DNA of 64,000 nucleotides from contig OX597831.1 of NCBI GenBank assembly GCA_951406725.2, positions 82,088,001-82,152,000 on the forward strand, read 5' to 3'. The position numbers and the translations under genes were made by a program. Origin of the DNA: Octopus vulgaris (Eukaryota). This document shows, one piece after another, positions 12,196 through 25,902 of this stretch. Every line of letters starts with the position of its first letter. The stretch's first letter is position 1. The notes under the pieces were generated by a model, which saw only the letters and a program-made list of their open reading frames with translations, was not told the DNA's origin and searched no databases.

Positions 12196-14891
12196 GCAGG
12201 GTGTTGGAGCCGCGAGAGAGGCCCGGGTGGCGGAGGCACAGCAGGGCAGCAAAGCCACCATTCGGTCTCTTGTAGACGAACAAGGGTGCGAATTGCTCCA
12301 GCCCAGCAAGATGTGTGTGTGTGTGTGTGTGTATGTGTGTGTGTGTAATTTCAGCGGCATTTTGCCCGACTGTACGGGGCGAGTGGCGAGCGTGAAAGCA
12401 GAGTGGACTTCAGTGCCTACCTGCACAGCCTGCCACGACTCTCGGCAAGAGAGGGAGAGTGCTGCGAAGGTGCCATCTCGGCTGTGAAAGAGAGTGATGT
12501 GATGGCAGGATGCTCAAGGGACAAATCGCCGGGTCTGGATGGTCTGCCCTACGAGTTTTACAATTGTATGCCAGACTTGTTTGGAGACGTCTTGGCAACG
12601 GTGTACTGCAACTGGCAGCAAAACGGGAGCATATCCGGTTTTGTGAGTCGAGGAGCCGTAACGCTGCCGAAGAAAGATCCAAACAAGGGGGACATTATAG
12701 ATAGCTTTAGGCCCATTACTCTGCTCAATGCAAACTTGAAAATTTTGGCCAAGGTGTTAGCCAAGAGGTTGGCGCTTGTCATCGAGAAACTGGTCGACAA
12801 GACGCAAACGTGCGCCGTGCCGGGTCGGAGCATCCATGACAACCTCCATCTGATGCGCTACATCATAGATTGGGTAGTTAAGGAACCTGGCATGGGTGGG
12901 GCCCTGGTTAATTTGGATCGAGCGAAAGCTTTCGATAGGGTAAACCATCGATACTTGGAGGCTGTCCTTAGAGCGGTTGGTTTCGGTCCCGTCTTCCGCG
13001 GCTGAATAGCTGCTTTGTACAGAGGTATCCGTTCGGTAATTCGCGTAAATGCATATCTATCGAGACCTTTCGACATTGCACGTTCGGTCCGTCAGGGATG
13101 CCCCCTCTCGTCGCCTCTATACGTATTGACTCTCGAACCACTACTGCGGAAGCTGGAGCCTCTGAGGGGCATTGCGAGAAATGGGATGCGGGACGAGCGT
13201 ATCTGCATACGCGGACGATGCCACCGTCATAGTGTCTAGCCACGAGCATATCGAGCTGGTCGGCGAGACACTGAGTGACTACGAAGCGGTGACGGGAGCG
13301 AAAATCAACAGGGAAAAGTCAGTGGGCTTGCGGCTTGGCACCTGGAGAAGCAAGCCCATGCCGTCCACCAGCGCCTCTGCTGTGGGACGCTGGACCAACG
13401 GCCCGGGCAAGTTGCTCGGGGTCTGGTTTGGTCCGGACCTCCAAATGGAGAAGAACTGGAACGAGATAACGAGTAGGGTGGTCGCTCTCGCCCGGCAATG
13501 GGCCGAGAGGAAACTATCCCTAAAAGGTCGGGCGGAAGTGGCGAACACGTACATCGCGTTCATCATCTACTACCGCTTGACCGACGTACCTTGTCCCGAC
13601 CCTACCATCACCAAACTAGAACGCATTCTCTTCCGCTTTTTGTGGAAAGGATGTGTCCTGATGGTGAGGTGATCCATTTGCTGTCAACACCCGTTAGAAG
13701 GAGGGCTGGGTATGCCGTGGTTGATGATGCACAGACACGCGCTGACACTGCGACATCTCCGGCTCTACGTAGACGACAGTGAACATGTGTGGTCACCGTT
13801 TGTGAGGCACGCTTTCCCGCAACTCGTCTCCATGACCGAACTACAATCGTGGATCAAAAAGAGGCCGAGGAAGGGCGAATGGCACCGCGAGTGTAGCGTT
13901 GCTTTCAAGCAACTATGCCGTCCTGGGTCGACCTTGAGCGACTCGAACACAACTAAAGCATTCTATAGGGGATTTGTGGAGGGGAGGTACGACGACGATC
14001 TCAGGGCGAACCTGAGCGTCGACGAGGAATACCTGACCCGCCTGTTTAAGACAACTTTCGGGCCGGGACCTATGGACAACTTCCAGAGATCCCTGGCCTG
14101 GCAGTGCTACCGAGAAGCGCTACCCGTTCGGGATAAGCTCTACAGACACGGCTCGAGAAACACGGGGCCGACCTGCCAGAGATGCGGTCAGAGAGACGAA
14201 AACGTTCTGCACGCACTCGGGAAGTGTTCAACAATTTCCAACCTGTGGGCTTATGTCGAACAACTGCTGTCACGTGTGGGACGTGTCGGTTTATCAGCCG
14301 AGTCTATCGTCAATATCGTCACGCCTCCTTCCTTCAAACGGGAAGGAAGAGCTATTTTCATCATCCTTGTGGCTATGGCGAAAGAATGTATCTGGTGGAC
14401 GCGTCTGAAAGGATTGGAGACAAACACTTTCCTCTCTGGTCAATCTCTCATCAACTTTTTCAAGTATCACTTGAAAAGGAAAGTGAGAGTAGAGAGGCAA
14501 GTTTTGTCTAGCGAATGTTTCAAAAACAGATGGGTGAATGTAGCAAGGATGACACGTGTGAATGATGAAGCCACCTTGAGTATGATCCTATGCACCCGGA
14601 AAAATTGGAAACAGAGAGTTACTTACTTGCAAATAAATGTGTTAACATGTGACATTATTGACCGAGGTTACCGTGGTCTTTTCTGTAGTCTTTTCTTTCC
14701 ATGGATAAACCTTATCTGTTTTCCCCTTCACACTTTATATCATGACATTTCTGTGATACACGATCCCTACTGATCGTATTTACGATCCCTTTTGATCGAA
14801 AACCACCCACCTTTTTTTCTCCCCCAAAAGGATTGCTCTACCTTGTAATTTGTCCCGTCTGTGTGCAGCCCTGTGTGGTTAATAAAGAAAC
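12196..14891 (+). mobile_element. Tx1/L1-clade non-LTR retrotransposon, 5'-truncated ORF2 with few disablements
   Basis: KSPGLDGLPYEFY, FRPITLLN, LDRAKAFDRVNH, SVRQGCPLS, AYADD, GGLGMP and a C-terminal CQRC..H finger. Stops at 13003 and 13670, frameshifts near 12340 and 13180. AATAAA at 14881, then (TATC)n. Confidence 0.95.
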
Positions 14892-15330
<439 letters not shown>

Positions 15331-15585
15331 CAACCATTGACTGCATAGAGGTGATTATAGATCTGTTTCTATCTGTGTTTAGTGGAGCATGGCAGCTGTT
15401 TGGGATTAAATAAGCATCGTGTTTGAATACAGGTCAGATGTCAGAATTCATTGAGATAAAGATGGAGTGTCTATTTCAAACTGTTACCATAGAAACAGAT
15501 AAAGTAATAACTTCCGCTGCTGCTTCACTACAGGCGAATCTGTTTAACTGCATACCGGATAATTGCATAATTCGGTTATTTGCTT

Positions 15586-15630
<45 letters not shown>

Positions 15631-15727
15631 GAAAAGTCAATTAAGGTGAATTGCATATTTTTTTCTGATTTCCAGAAAAAAAAATGGAACATAAAATATC
15701 AATAATTAAATTTGCTGTAAACATAAG

Positions 15728-16010
15728 ATGCAGGCGTGGCTGTGTGGCAAGTAGTTTTCACCCAACCACATGGTTCCGAGTTCAGTCTCACTGTATGGCA
15801 CCTGGGGCAAGTGTCTTTTACTATAGCCTCGGGCTGATCAGAGCCTTGTGAATGTATTTGGTAGACGGAAACTGAAAGAAGCCTGTCGCGTATATATCTG
15901 TGTGTGTGGTTGTGTATTTGTCTCTCACCATCGCCTGACAACCGGTAAACCCCGTAAATTAGCAGTTCGGCAAAAGAAATCGATAAAAGACGTACTGGGC
16001 TTTAAAAAAG
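15728..16010 (+). mobile_element. SINE family A
   Basis: GCAGGCGTGGCTGTGTGG..AACCACATGGTTCCGAGTTCAGTC (tRNA-like head) ..TTTGGTAGACGGAAACTGAAAGAAGCC. Confidence 0.85.
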
Positions 16011-16882
16011 AAACCGGGTCGCCTAATGGTTATGGTGTGGTATTTACGGTCACGAGATCAGAGTTTGGATTCCTGGACCGGGATGAACATTGTGTTCTTG
16101 AGCAAGACACTTTATTTCACGTGCTCAAGTCCTTTCAACTGGCAAAAGTGAGCAATCCGGCGGCAGACTAACATCCTGTCCAGGGGAATATTTGATCTCA
16201 GTCACCTCTACGCTATAGCAACTGGGTAACGGGTCATATGAGTCCCAGAACTCGAGACAGTGTTGCCAAAGTGCACTGACTTTAGCCTGTCACTGACCAA
16301 ATTATATTTCTGTTCCACTCTTTAGTCTGTCATTGATCACACCGAATTATACTTTATTATACTTTTCATTGTGGATTTTTTCTAAATCCACAATGAAACT
16401 AGATATGGGTCACTCCACCCAAAAAGTGACACAGACAGACTATATGTACCAAGAAAAAGAGGGGGAAGAGGACTTACTGGATGCGAACACGGCATTAGAG
16501 CAGAAGAAAACAACATAGCATGGTATGTAAAAATGCCACAGAATAGCTATTACTAGAAGTAAGAAGGTGAGGCTTGTGTAGGGTGAAAGATTGCAAAGAT
16601 AAAGCACTGTACAAAAAATTGAAAACGAATGAAACTGAAAATAGGTGGGTAAAGAAAAGAATGCATGGACAATTTCATAGGGATGTTGAAGATAAGACAA
16701 AGAGCGAAAAAAGATGGCTGTGGATGACGAAAGTGATTTGAAACCGGAAACGGAGGCTCCTATCTGTGCTGCCCAAGAGCAAGCACTAAGAACAAACTAC
16801 ATAAAATACAGAATAGACAGCCCATCAGAAAGTGATAAGTGCAGAATCTGTGGACAAAACGGTGAAACCGTATGGCACATTA

Positions 16883-19038
16883 CACTGTGCAACAAATTTC
16901 AGGTTAAAAAAAGTACAAGTGAAGTAAGACTTGTTTCTGGATCAAAAAATTGTCCTGATTCTGATTCTGACCTTTATTTCTCCAAATTAGGCACCGTTTT
17001 CCTGTACCATGAACCATGTGTTTTATAATATACTGCATAATATTGCGTATTGAACACAACATTGCAAATAATGAAAGTTACAAAAAACAAAGCAAAAATT
17101 TAGTTGGTGTAACAAAACATATTTTGGTTATGAATTAAAAACACACCAATCAGTTTAATCAACTTTTGTCCTTCTAAGCCTCTTGTGCAGAGTATGATCT
17201 TTTTTTTTTATACCCCAGCAGTAGTCTGCCAACATGCCAGGGTTCCATTTTCCTTTGAACCATCGCTCCATCACTGAAATATCCTGATGGAATCTTTCAC
17301 CATATTCATCACTCACATCACCAAGAGTTTCCGATCCCATATCAGGATAATGACTCAGCAGATCATTCACAATTTGCACATAGTTCTCTGAACGATGGTT
17401 GCCCAGGACGTTATCGCAAACTTTCTTGAATGACTCAAAGGCAAGCTTCTCTTTTCTCTTGAGATGTGTGATGAAGGTTTCATTAAGTACAATTTTTAGA
17501 ATTTGGGGACCTATGAAGAAACCTTCTTTAATTTTAGCTTGACTCAGAGAAGCGAACTTTTCTGCAAGATATGCAAATGCGGAGGATTCCCCGTCCAAGG
17601 CTTTCACAAATTGCTTAAACAAACCAAGTTTAATATGCAAAGGTGCTCAAAAAAATTCTATCACTTTTCACAAGTGGTTTGTGCATGATGTGTTTACCTT
17701 GCTCAATTTCATCTCAGATCGACCAATCCTTGCGTACATAATGTTCAGCTCTTGCTCTGAAATTACATAAGCACAGGAAGAAGCAAAATTTAGTATAACC
17801 AAGCTGAAGGCCAGTAAGCATGACCACAACCTTAAAATATGCGCAAGTATGCCAGGTATGGTCATCATACTGTATGCTTGTTAGAATTACTTTCAGATTT
17901 TCATCTGATTCTTTCATGGTTGTGGTATAAGCTATGAGAACAGAAGGCAGAGTGTTACCATTTTGTAGCAGAACAGCTTTGATGCTGTCCTTGGATGCAT
18001 CTATGAAAAGTCACCAGTTGGTTTTATCCTATGGTATTTCCAGTTGCTCAAAAAGTTCAGTGATGTCATTACAAAAGCAAAAGTAATCCTTCATGGTGAA
18101 TAATGCAAGCAGATCCTCTGTACGTTTTCCGTACATTGTTATCTTCATTCCTTTCTCAAGAAGATTACGTTTTTGAAGCCTTGATGCCAGAAACTCACTT
18201 TTCTCTGGTTAAATAGAGATCCCTGCAGAAGTCATTTAGAACCTCTCGAGAAAATGGTATTGGTTTATTCTTGCTTTCTGGATCATTAGGCTCTACACAT
18301 TCACCACTGAAGTGTTCATCAGCACTGCTGGAACTCTGCATTTCTTGATCTGGAGGTTTGGGCACAGATAAATTTTCTGAGTGCTCTACTGGGCGCATTG
18401 CTGATTGCAAATTTGGGTAAACAATGTGTTTCTTTTTCTTTGCTGTAGTACAGCCTGTAAAGTCATGGTGACAGAAATAGTAATCCCTAGAATGATCTTT
18501 CTGCTCACGCCAAATCATTGGCACACCAAACTTCACGTGAGCATTTTTTCCTGCATTCCAGGCACTCAATGTCTTCACACATGTAAGGCAACACACATGA
18601 GGAGTCCATGACTTATCCTGGTCTCCTAAGTAACAATCGAAGTACGCCTTGTATATTTCCTTGATATGGACTGTAATACTGCGCTTTTGTTTAGTATAAG
18701 TCAATTCCTCAGATATAACAGAATCTGTTTGGATCTTTTTTGAACTGTCTTGCACTCATTCTTGAAAACAAATAAGATCTGAAAGATACAAAATAACATT
18801 AAACACAAGCTTTGAATCACATTGTAGGTGTTACTAAGATTGGTCTTTAGCCCTGGGTTGAAACCGATTATACAATGCAGTAGAGAATTCTATTTAATAA
18901 TAATGAAAAATATGGTATAGAGTGACAATTCTGTAGAAACCATGCCTAAAAAAAGAAGGCCAGAAATGGATTTCCCATGTCATTTTGCATATAAAAATGG
19001 CCACAGATCTTCTGTACTTTTTTGAGTGTTGCACAATG
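16883..19038 (-). mobile_element. Chapaev3-type (CMC superfamily) DNA transposon, full length, decayed transposase
   Basis: Termini CACTGTGCAACA / TGTTGCACAATG, TTA duplicated at 16880-82 and 19039-41, subterminal AAAAAAGTACA inverted match. Transposase motifs GDQDKSW.PH.CC..C, PMIWRE, FIDASK.S.KAVLL.NGN, HIKLGL.KQFVKAL, SDE.GERFHQDI. Confidence 0.9.
17155..18755 (-). pseudogene. Frameshifted Chapaev3-like transposase
   Basis: ORF pieces 18195-18755, 17714-17917, 17668-17868 and 17155-17640 are consecutive parts of one protein in different frames. Confidence 0.85.
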
Positions 19039-19643
19039 TTAGCAGCCAATGTACGCCACTAGCCCAGAAGGAACTCAAGAGACGCCACGACATTATAGCC
19101 AGGCTTGACATTGGACACTTTGCAACAGGTATGGACTTGACAGAGCAAAAATTGGTATGACCACAAACCTGAAGGCATTGTCGAAAATAGAAATGCAAAG
19201 ATCCTATGAGATTCTGTGATTCAGTGTGACCATGAGATTGAGAATAGGAAGCCGGACATAGTCTTAATTGAGAACGAAAACAAACTATGCTGGATCATAG
19301 ATATAGCATGCCCAGCTGACAACAAGGTATGCGATAAAGAAGAAAGAAATGTCGATAGATATGACAGGCTGGCTTGGGAAGTTAAGCAGTTGTGGTTGAT
19401 GAAAAAGGTGGCAGTAGTACTAATAATTGTCGGAGCCCTGGGAACAGTGAGCAAAAATCTCGAGAAGTACGTGGAACAAATAGGGGCTGCAATAAGGATG
19501 GAGCACTTGCAGAAAACAGCACTGCTTGGAACGGTTGGAATACTCCGGAAGGTGCTCGAAAATTAAGAGGTGTTACCTTAGTTCACTGATAGTGAACAGC
19601 TGACACTGTAGTATATCTCCAGCGTTAGAAGCTGTGCAAAGGC

Positions 19644-19711
<68 letters not shown>

Positions 19712-19712
<1 letters not shown>

Positions 19713-20166
19713 CACAGATTTGCTTGTCAGTTGTTTGACCTTAACCAGTTGAGCATGTCCCTTAGTGGCTGACGATATGTGCATCTCTGATCACGAGCAG
19801 AAGTAGTGGGGGAGCATCATAGCCATGTGTTGAGAGGGATTCTTTGGGGTTTGAATAATTCACCTTTGGAAACATAGGTGGTTCGTTCAACATCCTTAAA
19901 CAACCCTTATTCAGGGACCTTTTGAGCGGGATGGGCTACTCAACCTGAAGAAAATTCTAACTGGGCCTCACCTGCAAGGTCATGTGCTGTTTATCTTGAT
20001 ATGAGATCACCATGTCGCGCACATATGGTTGTGATGCATGTGCCTAGTGTACCCTTATCAGACGGGTAGTCATGATGGGTATATTGGGCTTCGTATATTT
20101 TAACCCAGTGTCACTTTGATGGCATGCACTGCTCTCTCACTTAATAATAATAATAATAATAATAAT
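19712..20166 (+). mobile_element. Repeat family C, 5'-truncated, between two (TAA)n arrays
   Basis: Starts directly after the LINE's (AAT)n tail and ends CTCTCTCACT(TAA)n. Confidence 0.85.
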
Positions 20167-20380
20167 CCTTTCTACAATAGGCACAATGCCTGAAATTGGG
20201 GGAGGAGGATAGTCGATTACATCGACCTCAGTATTCAACTGGTACTTAATTTATCGACTCCGAAAGCATGAAAGGCAAAGTCAACCTCGGTGGAATATGA
20301 ACTCAGAACGTAGCGACAAGCGAAATACCGCCATGCATTTTACCCGGCGTGCAAACGATTCTACCAGCTCGCCGCCTTTA
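20167..20380 (-). mobile_element. SINE family B
   Basis: Reverse complement of GGCGGCGAGCTGGTAGAATCG..GAGTTCATATTCC..GCCTTTCATGCTTTCGGAGTCGATAAATTAAGTACC. Confidence 0.85.
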
Positions 20381-20382
20381 GT

Positions 20383-20454
<72 letters not shown>

Positions 20455-20593
20455 CACAACAACACAAGGACGACGATGAGCACGTTGAAAAAGAAAAAGG
20501 AGAAGAAAGAAAGAAAGGAGAGGACGAGAAGGAAGACTGGGTAAACAATAAGCACATCAATATGAAGAATGCTAAGGTGGACAACGTTGGTCA

Positions 20594-20636
<43 letters not shown>

Positions 20637-20880
20637 CAGATAGACAAGAAGAGTGAAAGAAAGAGAGAAAGAGAGTTGACGTAATGTGTGGAAGGTATAT
20701 TATTATTGTTGTTGTTGTGGTCGTTGTTATCATTCTTTTTATTGCTACCAGCAGAGAAATTTTATTCTCAGCTGAAAGAGTTTGTAATAAAACTTTATTT
20801 GGGAAATTTATTCTTTTCCAACTGGAAGTAGGTGAAGCCCATTAAAGCCATATATACATATATATATATATATATATATG

Positions 20881-20918
<38 letters not shown>

Positions 20919-21461
20919 CATGTATGTATGTATGTATGTATGTATGTATGTATGTATGTATGTATGTATGTATGTATATATATATTGGCTGAGGATATAG
21001 CTACATGAATCACACTTGCGTGCGTGCATGTATGCGTGTATGAATGAATGTATGTAGGTAGGTATGTATATACGGATGTAGGTATGCATGTAAGTATATA
21101 CGTACACCCTCCCCCCTATGTACATCGAGGAACATGTGGCTCATATTAACCCGCTCAACGTGGTTTGTTTCAGTTAGAAGAACTCCGATGTAAAAGTAAC
21201 CAGTATCCCCTACCCACCCACCCCACCCCACATGCTTCTGTTCCCCCACCCCTCGCCGCCACCCCGACATTACTGATGGTCGGTGAAGATTTATGGTGTT
21301 GCCATGGAGATGGTAAACACTAAGTAAATGTCGCCCATTGCAGCAGAATTACATTACTTTCAGTGTTGTTGCCACTTTGGTACAATTTTACACAACCCCC
21401 GGGGGCACCACGCTGGTCTGCTATGAATTTACCCACTCCTTGCCCCAAAACTACCATTGCG

Positions 21462-21697
21462 TTGCAATATGGCTCCTATGTTGCTACTATATGGTTGCTA
21501 TGCTGCTGGTGTTGGGTTGTTGCGTTCTTGTTATATGGTTGCTATGGTGTTCCTATATGGTTCTTACCTTACTCTATAGTTGTTATGTTGCTGCTATATG
21601 GTTGCTATATTGTTTTTATATGGTTGCTATGTTGCTGCTATATGGCTGCCATGGTATTGCTATATTGTTTCTAAATGGTTGCTATATGGTTGCTATA
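21462..21697. repeat. Degenerate minisatellite, unit approximately TATGGTTGCTA(TG)
   Basis: Many imperfect ATATGGTTGCTAT / GTTGCTGCTAT copies. Confidence 0.8.
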
Positions 21698-21724
21698 CGT
21701 CTCATACCCAAATCTTCAGAGATA

Positions 21725-22171
21725 ATGGAATGAACTGAACCGTAACTAATCTGCACATCCTCTCATAACTCACGGATGAGGATTCGACGATTCCCTCTCT
21801 CAACTGCACGCACATCTACGATGTTTTGCTCTTTTCTGCTGGTTGCGGGTCTCCCAAGACTTTCGTCAACATCGACATTTTTTCGGCCATCTTGGAAATA
21901 TCTGAACCACTCGTACTCCCCTCCATACACTTTCTGCAACTTTGGGTAGGCCTCTGAGCAGGTATCGCCATGGCAACTTTCTCTGTCATGGTCAACGCTA
22001 CACACCTTCCTTCCAAGCACTGCTGTAAATAGCAGAAGTAAGCTAGAACGTTAAAACTTTGTACGTATGAACAGCTGAGTTCAAGATCAATCCGCGCCAA
22101 GCGGCTTTTACTGTGTGTGCTTTAGCTTTGTTACTATAGCAACAGTCCGGATACTTATTGATCAAACCTAG
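21725..22171 (-). mobile_element. mariner relic: left terminal inverted repeat (TIR) plus HTH region
   Basis: TA-CTAGGTTTGATCAATAAGTATCCGGACT terminus; LQKVYG..YEWFRYFQDGRKNVDVDESLGRPATS..V....NRRILIREL matches the mariner N-terminal HTH. Confidence 0.8.
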
Positions 22172-24710
22172 TATTTGCTATTTGTCGCTTTATTGTTTCT
22201 ATGTTACGTTACGATGTCGATGTTTATTCTGCAGTCGATAGAGACTCTATGTTCGATATGTTGTTGCTCTAAGCTTGCTTTCCGTCGCATTCCCGCCACT
22301 TTTGCGAGATAATTAAGGCGATGTCACTGGTTTCACGAGTATGCTGTTAAGAGTTGTTCTTTGGTATAAGCTAGATTCTGCTGCATGCACGCATGACAAG
22401 CACGAACATAATTGAATATACTTATTGTAAGATTTCCTAAACATATTTTTATATAAATTTCTAACTACTCGTAGAACTGTAGAAGGCTTGAATCGAATTT
22501 CAATGTAGCAAATATCCATAGCAAAGATTAGTACGGCACAAGATGCCGGAAAGAGTCGGTCTCAGATTATGAAGAAGACTTCCTTTCACTTCTTGCTGGA
22601 ATCAGCAAAGGAAACTGGATGCTGTCAACGGTTAATTGCTTCATCAGGATTGCTGTGCATTCTGCATGTGTGCTTGTTTGTTGAGAGTGAAGATGTGTCT
22701 TCAACAAAAGCTAATCTGCTTTTGGTTGCTCTTTCGCGTTTTTCCTTAAATAACTAGAGAAAGCGCGGGAACTTCAAGGACGGACATTGTGGATGGTATT
22801 CATGTTATGGCATGATATCACAGCAACCCCAATGGCTGATAATGCATCGTATGGATCTGGCGACTGAAAAAATGCGTAGTTCGATTCGAAGTCTGTCTAC
22901 AGTGGATTTAATTATCTCTTACCTTTTCGACACCTGCAATAATCCCAGTAGATTTAGAAGCAGTAATTAAGGGACATAGGGGTTTGCTAATATTCTTATG
23001 CCTTTATAGAGCCGATGTGTTAAGAACGGCTTGTTACATCAGTTTTGTATTGTTCATTTATTGTTTATATATTGTTTCTATATTGCCAAAGATTTGCCAC
23101 ATCCCTAAAACTTGTTACATTATTATTAAGTTGCTATATTGATAATCGATCGATATCTTAGCACAAAATTACTGTTGTTTTGCTGTTGGTTTGCTACAGA
23201 GTTCCAATGGGGTTGATGTCCGCCGCTTTGAGTGACAAAAGTTTCTTTCAGTTCAAAGTATTCTGATTGCATTGCGCTGTCCAAATCGGTTGCTGTGTTG
23301 CTAGTGTAGAGTAGACTACATTTATGTTTCAATGATTATTAATGAACCTGGAACGACTGGGCATTGAATTCGGAAATACACGTTCAAATAAAAGCCACAA
23401 AAATAAAAGAAAATCCCGCTTGGAATTAAAGTCTCGTACGGTGAGAAGGGCCGTTTCTGTACGAAATAGTCCATTCGAGAAAGAACTTTGGTTGGTTAGT
23501 CAACTGTATACGCTGAACAAAGAAATAAAAAAAGAAATAGTAATTTTTTCTTTACAATTGAAGAATGGATGCAACAAAGGTTGCACAAAGCGGTTTCGTG
23601 AATATATCGTTATCACAAAGGTTGTAAAAGGTGAGCATGAGTAAGCAACCAAAGATACACGTCGAAGAAAATTGAGAATGAAACCTTCAAGCTTACCAAA
23701 ATACAATTGAAAATGTCACTTATGTCATTTGCCCGTGGAAGAAATTAAACAAGTGGCCCAGCACTTCCCTCATCAAACGTTGTTATGATTTTACTTTCGT
23801 AAGTGACATGATGTTGTTGATATAACAGTAGAGAGTACCATCCGCAAAAAAAGTACAGGAAAATGGAATAAATATTAATAATTCTTTCTGTTGGGAAAGG
23901 ACATCCGTCTCTTACAGCATAAGGGATTAGCGGAACATTCCCATTAAAATATCCATTTAATTGCCAACACAATAAACTTGATGCTGTTGTTTGGGACCGA
24001 AAACAAAAAGGGGTTTATGGGGTCAGCTACCTCAGAAGACGTGAAAATTTCTTTCAAAATTACTGAGAAAAAATAAAAATTTTACATTAAATTTATTGTC
24101 GCATGGTTGAAATATTGTTTTCCTAACCAGGTAGAGCCGGGTTCAGTCTCAGGGAGTGGCATCTGGGACAAGAGTGTTTTATTATAGACGGACTCTACCC
24201 CAGCAATGGAAACTGTAGGAGCAAGCCGGATAGATTATAAGATTATACCCACCAACGGCTATGGCCATCGAGGCAGACACATCTTTCTCTAAATAACAAA
24301 ATACTCTGACCATAGGTCTGCTGAATTAAGGCTGACCTGGGGTTATACAACAACAACAACAACAACAACAATAACAGCAACAACAGCAGCAGTAAAGAAT
24401 TTAAACTCTAAAAGTCTACAGTGATATAAAAAGCAACCACTGCAGCTAGACTATGAACGAAACGAAATACTATATAAAGCATCTCGTCCGGCGCTCCACC
24501 GCTTCTCATAACTTCCCGCCCTTTTTAATAGATTCGCAAAAGTCTGTTTTCCTACTTTCTTCCTTGAACTATTTTGCGTTTGTTTGTTTGTTTATCAAAT
24601 GTTATCTTCTTCCATGGAATGTCTGGGTCTTGAACCTAGCTATAAATATTCCTTTTCCGTCTCAACTTGCTTTTTTTTTACCTTTTTAAACTTCATAATT
24701 TACGTGAAGC

Positions 24711-24756
<46 letters not shown>

Positions 24757-24862
24757 GCACACATTCGGTCATACATGCATACATACACGCGTGCGCGCGT
24801 TTGTCTTCTGTTTCTTAATAAAATAGAGACAAGCCTAAAACAAACTGCATATATACATACCG

Positions 24863-24996
<134 letters not shown>

Positions 24997-25167
24997 ATAT
25001 ATGTATGTATATATATACATATATATATATATATATACATATATACACATACATATATATATATGCATGTATATACATTAATGTATATACACATAGCTCA
25101 GTGCGTCTGTTAATAACAACTAACACACCTATGTTTGCATACCTGCACCTTGCATGTAAATGTATAG

Positions 25168-25205
<38 letters not shown>

Positions 25206-25760
25206 CTGCACACGCGCTTATGCGTGCGTACATGCGCGTGTGAATACGTGTGTATGGATATTGGTGTGATAGACACGCTGCTGCTGCTGATGGTGGCTGT
25301 GGTGGTTGTGATAGGTGAGACTGACCTTGCGCATGCTCATATCAGTCAGACACGTATAGTTTCGTTCCGCCTTCTTCTTCTTCTTCTTCTTCTTCTTCTT
25401 CTTCTTCTTCTTCTTCTTCTTCTTCTTCTTCTCCTCCTCCTCCTCCTCCTCCTCCCTCCTCCCCCCCTCCTCCTCCTCCTTCTACTTCAGTCTGTCACGT
25501 TAGCGAAATTCCATTTCACTTCCTACTTTCTTTATCTTCAATCTTATCGCACACTGCTTCCACCTTACATACACATACGCATGCACAGACACACACGCAC
25601 ATATATATACAAACATAAATATGTACACGTACACATTCACACAGGCATATATACGCGTATACATCATGTATACATACGCACACATATATAACATACCTGT
25701 ATGCCTTTCTCTCTCTACGCACACACACACACACACATATATATATATGCACATACATAA

Positions 25761-25846
<86 letters not shown>

Positions 25847-25851
25847 GTATT

Positions 25852-25902
<51 letters not shown>

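Larger units (their letters stand above)
16398..19711 (+). mobile_element. R4/Dong-like RLE LINE 3' fragment split by a DNA transposon
   Basis: Left part LHPKSDTDRLYVPRKEG..AAQEQALRTN..CRICGQNGETVWHI (to 16882); right part (from 19042) SQCTPLAQKELKRRHD..RKPDIVL..IIDIACP..VGALG; stop at 19566; (AAT)n tail at 19644-19711. Confidence 0.93.

Noticed and set aside
12403-14773. Intact or domesticated reverse transcriptase gene, or retron-like system
   Set aside because: In-frame stops, frameshifts, missing endonuclease and ORF1, and several decayed relatives mark it as an ordinary dead Tx1 copy.
22300-23335. Possible very old hAT transposase relic on the minus strand (PHWNS, IPA..ER-like fragments)
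   Set aside because: Motifs are too degraded to call without a profile search; no TIR or 8-bp TSD found.
23342-23644. 100-aa basic ORF with a Tc1-like SRTVRR motif
   Set aside because: A single short motif with no TIRs or catalytic residues.
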